Shown here: in pieces, positions 51,261-63,110 of the stretch
Numbering within the stretch: position 1 is the stretch's first letter
Layout: every line of letters starts with the position of its first letter
Origin: Alloascoidea hylecoeti
Taxonomy: Eukaryota
Reading direction: 5' to 3'
NCBI GenBank assembly: GCA_001600815.1
Contig: BCKZ01000006.1
Span: forward strand, 807,048-871,047
Length of the DNA stretch: 64,000 bases
Position numbers and translations under genes: made by a program
The notes under the pieces: model-generated
What the model was told of the DNA's origin: nothing
Database searches by the model: none
Seen by the model: only the letters and a program-made list of their open reading frames with translations

Positions 51261-51620
51261 TTATGGAAAGAAGCTGTTCACACTTTCTCCAACATATAAC
51301 TTCAACTGCTTCTTGGTGATTGGCAGGATTTTGGCTCTGACTTTCACGTCATCTGAATCCTTGTTTTCCTCCTTAGCCAGACGCTCGTAGGCTTGAAATC
51401 GATGACAGCCACCAAAGCCAAAGTAGTATGTTTCTCCATCTCGACGGACTGCGAGCACATCAATTGGAGGTAGCTGCGAATCCGACCCGTCTTTTTCCTT
51501 CAGTGTTTCGATCATCCTTGCTATTTTGGCCTCATCAAGAACTGGAACAATGGGACGAATGATCTTCGAGAGTGGAAGGTCTTCGATTCGCTGTAGAGAC
51601 TTGGACTGAATTGATGTCAT
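51261..51620 (-). CDS. SRX1: Sulfiredoxin, 119 aa (true start at 51620)
   Basis: MTSIQS..PLSKIIRPIVPVLDEAKI..LPPIDV..YFGFGGCHRFQAY. A TATATATAAA tract lies just upstream of ATG 51620. Confidence 0.95.
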   Translation of the reverse strand: MTSIQSKSLQRIEDLPLSKIIRPIVPVLDEAKIARMIETLKEKDGSDSQLPPIDVLAVRRDGETYYFGFGGCHRFQAYERLAKEENKDSDDVKVRAKILPITKKQLKLYVGESVNSFFP

Positions 51621-51679
51621 TTTGGCTTTATATATATACAATAAACGCCGGGATTTGGCATCTTTTATAACCAAGCAGC

Positions 51680-51735
51680 TGAGTAATGCTTTTGTCATGC
51701 TCAAAGTCTAGATTCTGTTACTAATTGCTTAGTAA
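51680..51735. promoter_or_regulatory. Three Yap1-response elements upstream of SRX1
   Basis: TGAGTAA (51680-51686), TTACTAA (51718-51724), TTAGTAA (51729-51735). SRX1 is an established Yap1/Pap1 target. Confidence 0.75.
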
Positions 51736-52146
51736 TACTTATCAAAAAACTTTAAACTTGGAAATACATGAAACATAGGCAAACCTCTTTTTCGCTTCCT
51801 TCAAGTATATTTCGGGTGTCTCAACACGTGAACACTTGCTGAATACCCAGCAAAAGTAGCAGTAGCAGCAAAAACTTCAGAAGTCTCAGCAGCCTTCAGA
51901 TCCAAAAAATTCATTTGGAAGTGTCTTCTTTAACGGGAGCATGATAATAACCGCCCTAACCTGAAGTTTCCAAAACACTCTCAAAATTGTTTCAGCCTTC
52001 TATCGCATAACATTACATTTCACATTTTATCGCAATATAATTATAACACTATTACCAGTGTAGTCATTCAACTTCAATCTACTTCTATTCATAACATCAT
52101 TCCTCATAATTTTTTATATATTTTGTAAAACATTCTTCATATCAAC

Positions 52147-55071
52147 ATGTCCCGAAAAACAATCATTAAGATCCCAGCTATAGATGACTCTCCTGACAGC
52201 CCGGATTCCATATCAAAGTTCCCAGACCATGAAATGGCATTTGACGAGTTAGATACAGGAATAGAAAACTTAATGAGAACACGGCAATCTTATCTAACCT
52301 CCTGGAATGATGATTTCTTCACTGTCAAGCGGCCAAATAAGAATGCCACTACCTCAAATTTAGATGATGATAATTTATCCCATAAAAGGCACTCTTCTCT
52401 AACTTCATCATCTTTACATTCTTTAAAAAGATTATCTGTTTATTCTGATTATTCAAGACATTCCAAAATATCAACAAAATCAAATGGTTCTAATCAACTA
52501 GGTCAATCACAATTTAACGATATCGATTCTTCAGAATTTATAGCCGAAGCAAGTTCTCCAAGTGTAGAATCCTTCCATTCAGCTCCTATTCCCAGAACTT
52601 CTTATCTTTTTATTGACCCAAAACCAAATCGTTATGATAGTGATTTGAAAAACAAAGACCCCGGCAATGGAAATAACGTTAACCTTATATTTGAAGATAC
52701 ATCTATTGAGATTGAAGGGAATACTTCTGATAATGATAAAGATGAAGACCCTTTAATTAGTACTACAACTACAACCACACAAGTAAATGAAAATGAAAAG
52801 GAAAAGGACCCTTTACTAGATTCAGCTCTTCCAATGAACCCAACAAAACATACGGCCATCCCTCAATATGCAACTGAAATTCTACCCTCAACAGTACTAC
52901 ATACCCGATTTCCTTATAACTCCGATGAAGATAATTCAAGTTTTCTGACTGTAATTTCATCTGGAACAAAAAAAGAATTAGTACCAGAGTGTAAAATTAC
53001 TACCTCAATTGATAATAATTCAAAAAATAACCCAAGTATATTTAGTCTTGGTGGTTCAAGTGACTTATCACTGAAAACAAATGAGACGAGTCATATTACC
53101 GAAAGACTAATAGATGTAGTCGAAAACTCCGTCGGAGGTCCCCACTCAAAGGACAAATCTAATAATATAAAGCCAACATCTCCCCATAATTTAAGATCAC
53201 CAAAGGCTGAATTGGCTCATTCTAGAAATTCATCTTTAACTTCCTCACCACATCCTATAGATTCAAAAGAAAGAGAAAAGGATAAAAATAAACCACTATC
53301 AAGAAGTTCATTGAGTAGATCTAGGAAAAGGCTTAGTCTTGTCCGTGCTATTAAAATAAATCGTTCAAGTACTGTTTATTCTGGTGATGATATAATTATA
53401 CCACAATCAAAACGTGAATCTATAAATTATATTGAATCTGGTAACATTTTAAAATTTAATGAAGATAAAAGTGATATGTCTAATGAATTTAAAATTGTTC
53501 CACCAAATGATTCAAAATTATATTCTCAATGGTTTTTTAAAAAAATAATCTCAACTACCTATGCTGATCCTTATAATGATAATCATATATGTGAAGGACA
53601 ATTCTTAACTCCGAAATTATTTATTCCAGTTAGTATATGGACAACAAAAGCATATGGAATAAAAGATGCTGAATATAAAATTAATATTTGTAAATATATT
53701 AATGAAGAATTTAGAAATTTCTTAACATTTGCAACATCAACGATTGAATCTGTTAATATTAATAATACTGAACAATTAATATATGATGAATTAATTAAAT
53801 TAAATGAAAAACTGCCACCTTTTGAACGAATTTTTAAAGCATTTAAAGTTTATAAGATTCAAGAAACTGAAGAACCAACAATTAATAATCCAATAATTAG
53901 TGACATTCCAATAAGTCCAATAACAACTAATATTAATGATAAATCTAATAGTCCTGTTATAAACGTTTGTGAGATTGAAAAAGTTGAAAATTCAAATAAA
54001 TCCAATTTAAAGGCTTATATTCCAAAAATAGGTCACGATAGTAATATTGATGGACTTACACGAACATTATCGACATCACATTCAAATTCTCAATATAAAG
54101 CAATTAGTAAATTAAAAAGTATTAAGAGTCATATGAGACCTTCTTTACATACACATTCAAATAATAGCAATATCAATAATACTAACAGTAATAACAAAAA
54201 TGATAATACTAATAACAAAAATAATAGCAAAAATGATAATATTAATTACAAAAATAACAACAACAATAACAAAAATAATAATATCAACAATGTCAACAAT
54301 ATCAACACTATTAACAAAAACCTTAAACCAGATACTTCAATTCAAATCACCCCACAGAAATCTGGGAATCAGACTATGGAAATGGATTCTAGGTTTGTCT
54401 TTCAAGTTTCAATGAAAACAATGCTATTCAAAAAATTTAAAAACATTAGAATTAAAAGGCAAGGCACTGGAATCCCTACAAGTCGTTCATTATCAAAAGG
54501 GAGAAACTTCAGTAATCCAGATCTTCGTTCTCATTATCGTTTACATCTTCATACAGGTTCTGTTACTCATGGTGGGCTAAGTGGTTCAAGATCAAGTACT
54601 TTTATAGAAGCAGGAGCAATTGGACTTCGTGATACAAGTGGTAATCTTCACAGATCTTCCTCAAGAAGAATTAGTGGTTTAAGTTTCTTCCATCAAACAC
54701 CACCAAATATTGATGATCTTAATGCTCCTATTCCAGAACAACCTACGTATCTAGTAGAGAAAAAAAATTATATTGAAGTTATAAAAGATGTATCTGAAAT
54801 TGTTGATCAATTAATAATCATGATTAGAAATAATGAAAGGATTTTATTTGGTATAAATTTGGAATCTAAACCCGTTTCGGAGGAAATTCAATCACCTAAT
54901 GCTGAAGAAAAAGCTACAAATTTGAAGAAATTAATGGAAATTAATGATGAATTAGAGAAAGTTCTTAATTTTATTACAAAAGTTTTATGTCGATTATTCC
55001 TTTCTGATATTCATTCATTAGTTATAATGCATTTAGATAATTTCAAAAATGATCTACTACAATATTCATAA
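52147..55071 (+). CDS. Uncharacterised 974-aa Ser/Asn-rich protein; ordered segments resemble the C-terminal region of fungal MIT-domain-containing proteins
   Basis: Long ATG ORF; GQFLTPKLFIPVSIW..IKDAEYKINIC and C-terminal LEKVLNFITKVLCRLFLSDIHSL; poly-Asn tract at ~54160-54310. The family resemblance is from memory only. Confidence 0.75.
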   Translation: MSRKTIIKIPAIDDSPDSPDSISKFPDHEMAFDELDTGIENLMRTRQSYLTSWNDDFFTVKRPNKNATTSNLDDDNLSHKRHSSLTSSSLHSLKRLSVYSDYSRHSKISTKSNGSNQLGQSQFNDIDSSEFIAEASSPSVESFHSAPIPRTSYLFIDPKPNRYDSDLKNKDPGNGNNVNLIFEDTSIEIEGNTSDNDKDEDPLISTTTTTTQVNENEKEKDPLLDSALPMNPTKHTAIPQYATEILPSTVLHTRFPYNSDEDNSSFLTVISSGTKKELVPECKITTSIDNNSKNNPSIFSLGGSSDLSLKTNETSHITERLIDVVENSVGGPHSKDKSNNIKPTSPHNLRSPKAELAHSRNSSLTSSPHPIDSKEREKDKNKPLSRSSLSRSRKRLSLVRAIKINRSSTVYSGDDIIIPQSKRESINYIESGNILKFNEDKSDMSNEFKIVPPNDSKLYSQWFFKKIISTTYADPYNDNHICEGQFLTPKLFIPVSIWTTKAYGIKDAEYKINICKYINEEFRNFLTFATSTIESVNINNTEQLIYDELIKLNEKLPPFERIFKAFKVYKIQETEEPTINNPIISDIPISPITTNINDKSNSPVINVCEIEKVENSNKSNLKAYIPKIGHDSNIDGLTRTLSTSHSNSQYKAISKLKSIKSHMRPSLHTHSNNSNINNTNSNNKNDNTNNKNNSKNDNINYKNNNNNNKNNNINNVNNINTINKNLKPDTSIQITPQKSGNQTMEMDSRFVFQVSMKTMLFKKFKNIRIKRQGTGIPTSRSLSKGRNFSNPDLRSHYRLHLHTGSVTHGGLSGSRSSTFIEAGAIGLRDTSGNLHRSSSRRISGLSFFHQTPPNIDDLNAPIPEQPTYLVEKKNYIEVIKDVSEIVDQLIIMIRNNERILFGINLESKPVSEEIQSPNAEEKATNLKKLMEINDELEKVLNFITKVLCRLFLSDIHSLVIMHLDNFKNDLLQYS

Positions 55072-55253
55072 TAATAACAGCAATAATAATAATTGTTAAT
55101 TAATATCGTTTTTTAACTTTTTATAAGTTTAACAAGTTATGGTAAGCGATGCTACTATTTATCATTTTACTAATCCCTGTTTAAGATTTCTTTAAGATAA
55201 TATACATACCTTTATCAATACTTTCGTGCACACGCCCACGGGAGAACTTTTTT

Positions 55254-55293
55254 TTTTCTGATTTTCTGATTTTCTGATTTTCCGATTTTCTGA
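55254..55293. repeat. 8-bp tandem repeat (TTTTCTGA)x5
   Basis: TTTTCTGA units read directly, with one TTTTCCGA variant. Confidence 0.8.
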
Positions 55294-56936
55294 TTTTTTT
55301 TGATTTTATTGCATGACATCAAACATTGTTTTCTATATAATTCTTCATGATTAGTTGCATTAACTGCAATTATTTAATAATTTGATTTCTAATTTTTACT
55401 CCATGTTATTGCAAAATTACTTAAGCTTATCTTTCTTTCTCCCGAATTCTTTGTCCTCTTCTGCAGTCTTAAGCTTCTTACTAATTACAAATTTACTTTA
55501 ATGGTATTAATGTTAAGATCATGGAACTTACCGAGGTAATCGCATTTTATTTTCAATTTAAGTCGGCTATATTAAATCTATATATTTTAAATTATTACAA
55601 TGTGTTGTCACTTTGATTCAAATGTTAATTTTCGGTCTGGGTATAGAAGTCAATACAAATCTAAATTTCTTGCTTATAAACTTGTAGTTGATATAATGAG
55701 CTGACTGATTTAGACTACAATTACAAGCTTGATTATAACCTGGTATCGAAATTTTAAAGGTATTATTAACTCCATTCAATGAAAAAGTTTTAATGTTCAT
55801 GCCTTGATAAATTAAATTGGAATTATAATGAAATTATCGTTTTCATATTCATCATACACCTATATGGTCTTTGTTATGTTGATTAATGTTATCATCATCA
55901 TCACAATTATCATTTGCTTCAATATAATATGCATTCCACTTTTCTGCCACTTTTTAAGCTGAAAATTTGGCACACTTGGTGCACTAATATTCGGTCACGT
56001 TGGATAATTATCAGCAGCCTTTTCACTAACTAAAATTTATGTAAGCTTCAGCCGTATTACAAAGTAAAATATATCGATCATGATTGCATGGTGTATGCGA
56101 ATATATACATATAATAAGTGGTTTAAATTAAGTGGAATAACTACCAGTTTTTCCGACGCACCTGCACAGTTGCATATCTTAGGGTCAAGACGTTAACGTT
56201 TTAATTTTTGTGCCATGGCCAGGAATCGCATTTTACCAGCTATGCCTATTACCTACGGTATAGAAAAATTAATTATTGAATGGGGTAATCGATAATCTAT
56301 AATTATGATGGCGGAATATTTAATCCATCAACTTGAAAATTATTTGAAGAAAGTCTGATCTATAAACTGAAACATATCCAATGCAGTGGTGATCGATTTT
56401 TGCAATGGGTTGTAGGTAATCAAGTCACCCGTGTGAGCAACAAAACTTCCAATCCTACCTCTTAACTTGTAATTTCAATACTATAATTAATGCTTGTTAA
56501 TGTATCAGGGGATTATGTCTATGGATCTATTGGTAATATCTTTGATTCTTCAATGGCGTTTGAATAACGATTATAATACATATTTCAAATAAATGCACAT
56601 TTACCACACATTTTTGAAGTTAAGACAATGATAAGAATTTAATAGGTTATATTAGAGACAGAAGCTTTCACCTCTNATTGTACGTATATAGGGTTTACAT
56701 TGAAAATTATCTGCAATATATCTATAACAGCCTTATATATTGACCAAACTTAAAGGTCATGGAGAATGTGTTAGAATATAAATGTATGAAGAGAAAAAAC
56801 ATAAAAAACAATTAGCAACATCATGATAAATCGTATACTCATAAGCATGTCTTAGAAATAAAAACATCATAGTTGGCAGAACAGTTAAAAAATTATTCTA
56901 ACAGTATAATTCCTAGCTCAAAAAGTTTGAATTCGT

Positions 56937-57860
56937 TTAAACATGCTCAGCGGCAACTTTAGATGGATCAGGAGTTTCATGATCACCAACAGCAGTTTCG
57001 CCAGAAGCACGACCTTCATCCTCTGGGAATGAGTTTACATTATTCTCTGGTTTTGAAGAGTATGAAATTTTGGAGGTAGTGAATAAAAAGATTGCTGGAT
57101 AAATAACAAAAAGGCATACATCCAAAACACCATAAAACACAGCTTCAGAATCTGGCTGAATAACATTACCACCCTCAGAAAGACCAAAACAAATTGGGTA
57201 AATAAACCATAAGAAAGCTACAAGAGCAGTATTAATTGTAAATGTCTTTCTAACGTCATTACCTTCGGCGGCAGCTGATTGTCTTGTAAATGAGAATAAG
57301 TTGAAAACTGTTAGAAAATAGGAAGCAACTGCAAATGAAAAGTAACCCCATTTATAGGTGGAACGGATTAGAGATCCAATAAGCAAACCAAGAACGTAAA
57401 TTTCCGTTGAAATAATGTTCAAGACGATATGGGGCCAATCCAATTTTGCTAGTAAAGACAAATTAGTGATGATGAATGGCCATGATAAGAACCAACCAAC
57501 ATATCTGGCATAGAATATTTGTCGAACACCTGGATGCTCGTCAGTAATTGACTTATCAACAGTGACATGATTAAACTCAGCTTGGATATCGGTCCAACCT
57601 AAATCTGAAGCCATGGTAAAGTAGGTAAAGAATAAGATCGCAGAAAGAGCTAAGGAATTATAGTAGAAAGCACGCTTCTGCAATTCACGAGAGTAGGTTA
57701 AAACTAGATAAACCAAAGAAGCAACACCGAATAAACAAAACGCTGCCCATAACCAATCAGAACCATGGTCCGTAATATGGAAATCGACATCCGCAGTAGG
57801 ATTGAGCTCAATGGCTTCATTGCCAGACCTTCTTAAAAGTTCAAGATTAATAGCAGCCAT
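56937..57860 (-). CDS. Opsin-related 7-TM plasma-membrane protein (Hsp30/Yro2/Mrh1 family), 307 aa
   Basis: HITDHGSDWLWA, YFTMASDLGW, RQIFYARYVGW, YKWGY, GLSEGGNVIQPDSE. Helix G (LDVCLFV) lacks the retinal-binding Lys. Confidence 0.92.
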   Translation of the reverse strand: MAAINLELLRRSGNEAIELNPTADVDFHITDHGSDWLWAAFCLFGVASLVYLVLTYSRELQKRAFYYNSLALSAILFFTYFTMASDLGWTDIQAEFNHVTVDKSITDEHPGVRQIFYARYVGWFLSWPFIITNLSLLAKLDWPHIVLNIISTEIYVLGLLIGSLIRSTYKWGYFSFAVASYFLTVFNLFSFTRQSAAAEGNDVRKTFTINTALVAFLWFIYPICFGLSEGGNVIQPDSEAVFYGVLDVCLFVIYPAIFLFTTSKISYSSKPENNVNSFPEDEGRASGETAVGDHETPDPSKVAAEHV

Positions 57861-58592
57861 TGTAATATGTATTCAATTTAATGGTTTAAGTCTCAAAAAA
57901 GTTTAATGAATAAAAACCTGAGATTCGAGATGTTATTTGAATGAATATTTTGAAATCTCAAAATGGTAACCGAACCATTTATATATGCTTTGAATTCCAT
58001 GTTATCCGAGTATTAATTACTCAATTGAAGCCATGATGGATCTAGATCTTAATATTCACATAAGCTCAGGTGTCATTCAATTCTTTTCGATCCGACCACC
58101 GGTAGTTGTAAATCTTATTCCAGAATACTCTATGGGTAATTATAAACATAATTAAGGAGTTGATACGGAATATGCGGGATACCCAAATGTGATAAACATG
58201 ACCAGCCGCACCAAATTTAAACTTTTCTTCCCGTTAGGTGCCGGGGAACCTGCATATGAATATTCATAAGAATCATAACCTTTAATTATATTATATCCGG
58301 TTATTTCGGATTGTCAGTGTTTGTCACATAAACCACCTGTCGTCCTGGTTTTGTAATTTAAAATAATTCAACTAATCTATCTGGAGAAACACATCTTAAA
58401 CATTTCCTTATGTGATTAGATCCGATTACCGCTACCAACCTCAAACTCTCGGATTCAGTTTACCACATTACTTTATAATTATACTATAACTTCATTCTAT
58501 ATCTATAATAGATGTTAACTTCAACTTCTTTCTTGATTATCTATATCTATCTATAATCTCCATCTAATTCAAGATCTCACTATCTAACAAGA

Positions 58593-60158
58593 TTAATCCC
58601 ATGATTCTATCCTCATTGTACCCTTTTCTTCTAGATTTCTATGTAATTTGAACGCATCTCTCAAAATGTGAGGTTCATGTAAACTTACTTTCTTTTTGCA
58701 AGCAAATTCTGCTCTTGAAACATACTCCTCCAAAATTGGTTTATAAACAGGATGTGCAATTTTATTAATTATTTCTCTTGATCTTTCTCTAGGTGATAAT
58801 CCTCTCAAGTCTGCAAGGCCCTGTTCAGTGACGATAACATCTAGATCATGCTCTGTTTGGTCGACATGAGTTGCAAATGGAACAACACATGATAAACCTA
58901 ATTTATCTGTCTTTGTTGGTCTAGCAGAAGGTGTGTGCATGATTGAGAGCTTAGCGTTTCTTAAGAAATCAGCAGAACCACCAAGACCATTCAGCATTCT
59001 TGAGCCGTTAACATTTGTGGAATTAGCATGTGCATAAATATCAACTTCAACTGGAGTGTTCATTGCTATTACACCCAACCTTCTAATAATTTCTGGTGAA
59101 TTAGAAACAACTTGTGAACGAAGTAAAAGCTTATCTTTGTATGTATCCCAGTTCTTATAAAATCTTTCAAATCCTTCATCTGTTAATCTAATTGATGTTG
59201 ATGTTGCAAAATCTAATTTTCCAGAATCAAAAAAATCAAGGAATGAATCTTGTAGCACCTCGGTCCATACATTTAAATTTTTGAAGTCAGCATTGGCAAG
59301 ACCTTCAACAACAGCATTGGCAATGTTTCCAATTCCAGACTGTAATGGCAATAAATTAGACGGTAGTCTACCCATTTTGACTTCATGTTCAAAAAAGGCA
59401 ATCAAGTGGGATGCGATTGCTTTTGACGTATCATCAGATGGTGTGTTTGGGCCTACAACATCTGGTTGAGTGGTTTCAATAATTGCTAATACTTTTTCGG
59501 GATCAATTGGAATACCAACTGTCCCTGTTCTTTGATCAACTTTTGTGATTTGGTAAGGCTGACGAAATGGCGGATTGACAGGCATGTTAATATCATGGAA
59601 ACCTTCAAAAGATGGCGTATGTGTATTTAGTTCAATAATAACTTTGTCAGAATAGTCAATCAGTTCAGGAGAACCCCCAACCGCTGGGCCAGGAATAATA
59701 GATCCATCTTCGGTAATAGCAGTAGCCTCAATTATTGTAATATCTAACTTTTTAGAACCTTCTTTCTCCTTTGTATAAAAACCATAAGTAAGGTCCTGTG
59801 GCCACATTGATAAATGTTTATCAAAAAATTGTGTTCTTCCTTCATTTATAGCCTTGGAAATTGGCTTTCCAACCTGATGAGGAGATCTTCTTAAGATCAT
59901 ATCCAAATCGGCCCAGTTTGACTCCTCTGGTCCAGCAGAAGCACCAACAAACAAATTAAAGGCCAGCTTCCCCTGCAACTTATTATCTGATACATGTTTA
60001 GCCAAGGCCTGTGGAACAGCTTTGGGGGCACCTACACCAGTAAAACCGGACCAACCAAGATATTGACCATGCTTAAAGTACGGAATGACCTCTTCAACGG
60101 TTCGAACTTTCTGTAGATAAGGTGCATATCTTACCCGCGACTTTAAGATGGATGACAT
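58593..60158 (-). CDS. ACH1: Acetyl-CoA hydrolase / CoA-transferase, 521 aa (true start at 60158)
   Basis: [58 protein letters not shown]. Confidence 0.96.
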   Translation of the reverse strand: MSSILKSRVRYAPYLQKVRTVEEVIPYFKHGQYLGWSGFTGVGAPKAVPQALAKHVSDNKLQGKLAFNLFVGASAGPEESNWADLDMILRRSPHQVGKPISKAINEGRTQFFDKHLSMWPQDLTYGFYTKEKEGSKKLDITIIEATAITEDGSIIPGPAVGGSPELIDYSDKVIIELNTHTPSFEGFHDINMPVNPPFRQPYQITKVDQRTGTVGIPIDPEKVLAIIETTQPDVVGPNTPSDDTSKAIASHLIAFFEHEVKMGRLPSNLLPLQSGIGNIANAVVEGLANADFKNLNVWTEVLQDSFLDFFDSGKLDFATSTSIRLTDEGFERFYKNWDTYKDKLLLRSQVVSNSPEIIRRLGVIAMNTPVEVDIYAHANSTNVNGSRMLNGLGGSADFLRNAKLSIMHTPSARPTKTDKLGLSCVVPFATHVDQTEHDLDVIVTEQGLADLRGLSPRERSREIINKIAHPVYKPILEEYVSRAEFACKKKVSLHEPHILRDAFKLHRNLEEKGTMRIESWD

Positions 60159-60268
60159 ATTTAAATTTTTTTTTTGTTTTTTGAATTTGGAGAGTACCCC
60201 ACCAGTATTTATTATGACCGCCACTTCAGCCGCACTTACTAATCGAGACATGTAAATATGTAAGAGGA

Positions 60269-60279
60269 CCCCGCTTTTA
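60269..60279 (-). promoter_or_regulatory. Mig1/CreA-type glucose-repression site upstream of ACH1
   Basis: Minus strand TAAAAGCGGGG (AT box + SYGGGG), about 110 bp upstream of the ATG. Confidence 0.45.
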
Positions 60280-60558
60280 CTAGATTCAGAAGTGCCCCTC
60301 GTTTTCAGTGAAGCTACCAATTCGGACACATGGCAAACACAAACTATTTTCCTAAAATCATTATATATGGCATGATTTTTGGTCTACAGATCGCTCGAGT
60401 TGAAAGTTGTAGTAGAAGTTACTCGATTTAAAGCTCGGACGAAAGAAAGTATTTTCGTTTTGTAGGTCTCTGTATAGCTATTTTGTTAAAAATTAGAAAG
60501 ATTAATTATATATATTATGAGCTCCGATAGTTAAAGACATAGTAGCTATAGCTGTAAT

Positions 60559-61660
60559 TATAATGGTTGTTCCAAAGCTTATGACTGGTCCAAGGTTTCT
60601 GGCACCCTTCTTCAAAAAGGTCCACTCGGTGTTCTTTTCATGATCACCACTCCACAACTACCAATAATGGTGAAATCCACAAGATCACTCAAAGCCCTTG
60701 CTTAAAGTGACAAGGATAAGAGAGTAGTAAATACCATGGCAAGAAGTCATCTTGAGCAAAATACATTGATTAGCTAGATTTCTAGGGACACCGCGAGCCT
60801 GTACAATTATCATTTATCTTATCAATGATGTACAATCCAGATCAGCAGCTAAATAAACGTTCTCAACTTGGACTAACTCCGAAGATAATCGGATAACTAC
60901 GGTGCCATTTTATTGTTTTATTAATCAAGTTGGTGGACCGAGGAAATTCAGAGGAATGAGCACCCTCAACCCACCACAAAACCAACCAAGAACCACTCTA
61001 TAGGCCATTATGTGAATTATTATGGGTGGTTGGATTTCTCAAGCGGAATCTAAGGATCGCTGTCTAAAAACCTAAGGAATACCAGCGTATAGTTTCTTCA
61101 ACAGTTACCCCTTCCACAGGTTCAACAAAAAGAACCTTCACGCACATAAATCAAGTCAACGGGCGAAAAAAATAACTTCATACCGGCGATAATATATCTA
61201 AGGAGTAAGTGATTAACTTCTATCATCATCTAGGGATTCAGGAAAACTGAGATTTGGCCGCTTGATCGGAGGATGAAGGCGAAGTCTGTTTCTATGGATA
61301 CATCACCACCATAAGATAACTTAAGCTCGATGAATAAGTTGAAAGAGATTATACCAATTCAGATGCAGTGGGAGAATTAGATTGAAAACTAGATCTTTTG
61401 GTGGCAAGAATGGCTGATAACTCACGGTAAGCAAAATATCTCTGCATAAAACAGGGTGAAAAAGAAAAATAAACCCCCAACTTGAAAATAGAAGAGCGCG
61501 TAAAACTATGTCAGGAAAATTTAATCGGCAAAGTAGTTTATTAACCGTATACCTAGTGAATTCATATTTTTTGATGATGTTGAAGGTTGTTTCGTTAAAC
61601 TCCTGTTTTTCAGGTATTAAAAACCTTGGACCTGTCAGAAGCTTTGGCATAACCTTTATA
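60559..61660 (+). mobile_element. Tc1/mariner transposon remnant with both TIRs, about 1.1 kb
   Basis: 60559-60606 and 61613-61660 are inverted repeats (35/40 over the outer 40 bp, 39/48 overall), each ending in TA. Internal decayed fragments: SDKDKRVVNTMARSH (60706-60750), IMGGWIS, QQ/NLHAHKS (61123-61153). Confidence 0.82.
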
Positions 61661-62439
61661 GCTTCCATAACTCAGTTGATGAAAATTAGTAAAACTTTAG
61701 CTAGCTATTTGTATCTAGCTATATCTAGAATGTTATTTATACAAAATATTGTAAAATTTCTGCTTGTTATGAGTTGATAGTTTTGTAATTGTAGTGTACC
61801 AGTCACGCCAGTTACAAACCGTCATAATATAAGTCTATAGCTTAAGAATATCAATAGTAATAATTGAAAGTTTAAGCTTATTTAATTTAGACATTTTCAT
61901 GTTTAGCTATAGCAAACATTTGAACGACTAAGATTCCTGTCCCTTAATTCAAATTTAGTTTACAATTAATTGATGATATCACAGCCATTATTTTCGCAAA
62001 TAATTCAAGGCTCTATATATTTTTAATGCCCTGTAATCGCTATTGTAATTAACGCTCGTGCTAGAAATCTTAAAATAATTCATTAATATGACATATGCAT
62101 ATATTTTGGTTTGTACGGCTGGAGTGCGGCTGAATATGCTGCATGAAATAATTTGATTTTAGATCTTTCTTATATTGGGCTAGCGCTAATTAATCAATAA
62201 TCAAATAAAATCTCCGATGAGAAAGCTTTTAAAATCGAAAATTAATTAATGAATAATCGCAAAGTTTTGAAGTGCAACAGAACACTCTATATATGCATGG
62301 AAGTTTAGCCAACGGTATTTAACTACAGTGCATACATCTAGGTATAAGATCTTATAATTATAAGATTATACCAGTATAGAGTATAAGTTTATACCTTAAG
62401 ATTATATCAATTATACCGGCGCCGGATTGTGATTTGAAA

Positions 62440-63110
62440 TGTTAACGCCTGGAAATGAACCAAACTTATAAAGTAATATTTATTATAATTATGACATGAG
62501 TAGTTCTAGCTACTAGTTCCTATTATAACTCCTAAGAGTTGGGACTCGGGAGTGTACATGTAATTAATGAGATTATCAAATATAAAGCGGCCATGGCCCA
62601 TGATTATAATTATAAATTATCATGCGAAAGGCGTCGGATTCTGATTGAAATTGTTAATGGTAAATGCAGCTTGCGCTATATAAGGCTTATAAGGTCCATA
62701 TTGATCAAGTTAAAATTAATATTTGACCCATATATTACATTGTTAATTGGGGCCCAATTTGGGGGTAACCAAGGTTTGTGAATATTAATATAAAACGGTC
62801 TAGATCCGAAACTCATATCTGATAACTGTGTTGATGAAGGATATTAAAATACTCTTAACTTATTAATTAACGTTAGTAACTTAGTATGATATCATGATAG
62901 TACTGTACATGTATAATCTCTCATTCGAAAAATTTGAATATAAATTGTGTATCTAGTTATACACTATTTGAGAGCAATAAAATATAAATTTTAAATTTAG
63001 CTATGTTTTGTGTTCTATGATTATAATAGTTCTGATCACCCGAAGATGCCTGAGACTAACGATCCCGTGAAGCACCTACAAAAAAGGCTACAATTATTAT
63101 GCATAGTACA
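62440..63110 (+). mobile_element. Heavily decayed Tc1-like transposase relic
   Basis: AKGVGF (~62625-62642), IVNGKCSLRYIRLI, LDPKLIS (~62800-62820; cf. DNDPKHTS), MPE...GY (~63047-63090), in Tc1 order. Confidence 0.45.

Noticed and set aside
51621..51704. 28-aa N-terminal extension of SRX1 in the ORF track
   Set aside because: It overlaps the TATA tract and a Yap1 site; homology starts at MTSIQS.
56676..56676. Single ambiguous base N
   Set aside because: An assembly ambiguity in non-coding DNA, not a biological feature.
60159..60329. 57-aa N-terminal extension of ACH1 in the ORF track
   Set aside because: Non-ATG start running through promoter and poly-A leader sequence; homology starts at MSSILKSRV.
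60559..61660. RIP-like hypermutation as the cause of transposon decay
   Set aside because: Differences between the two TIRs include four transversions among nine changes, which is not a pure C>T pattern.
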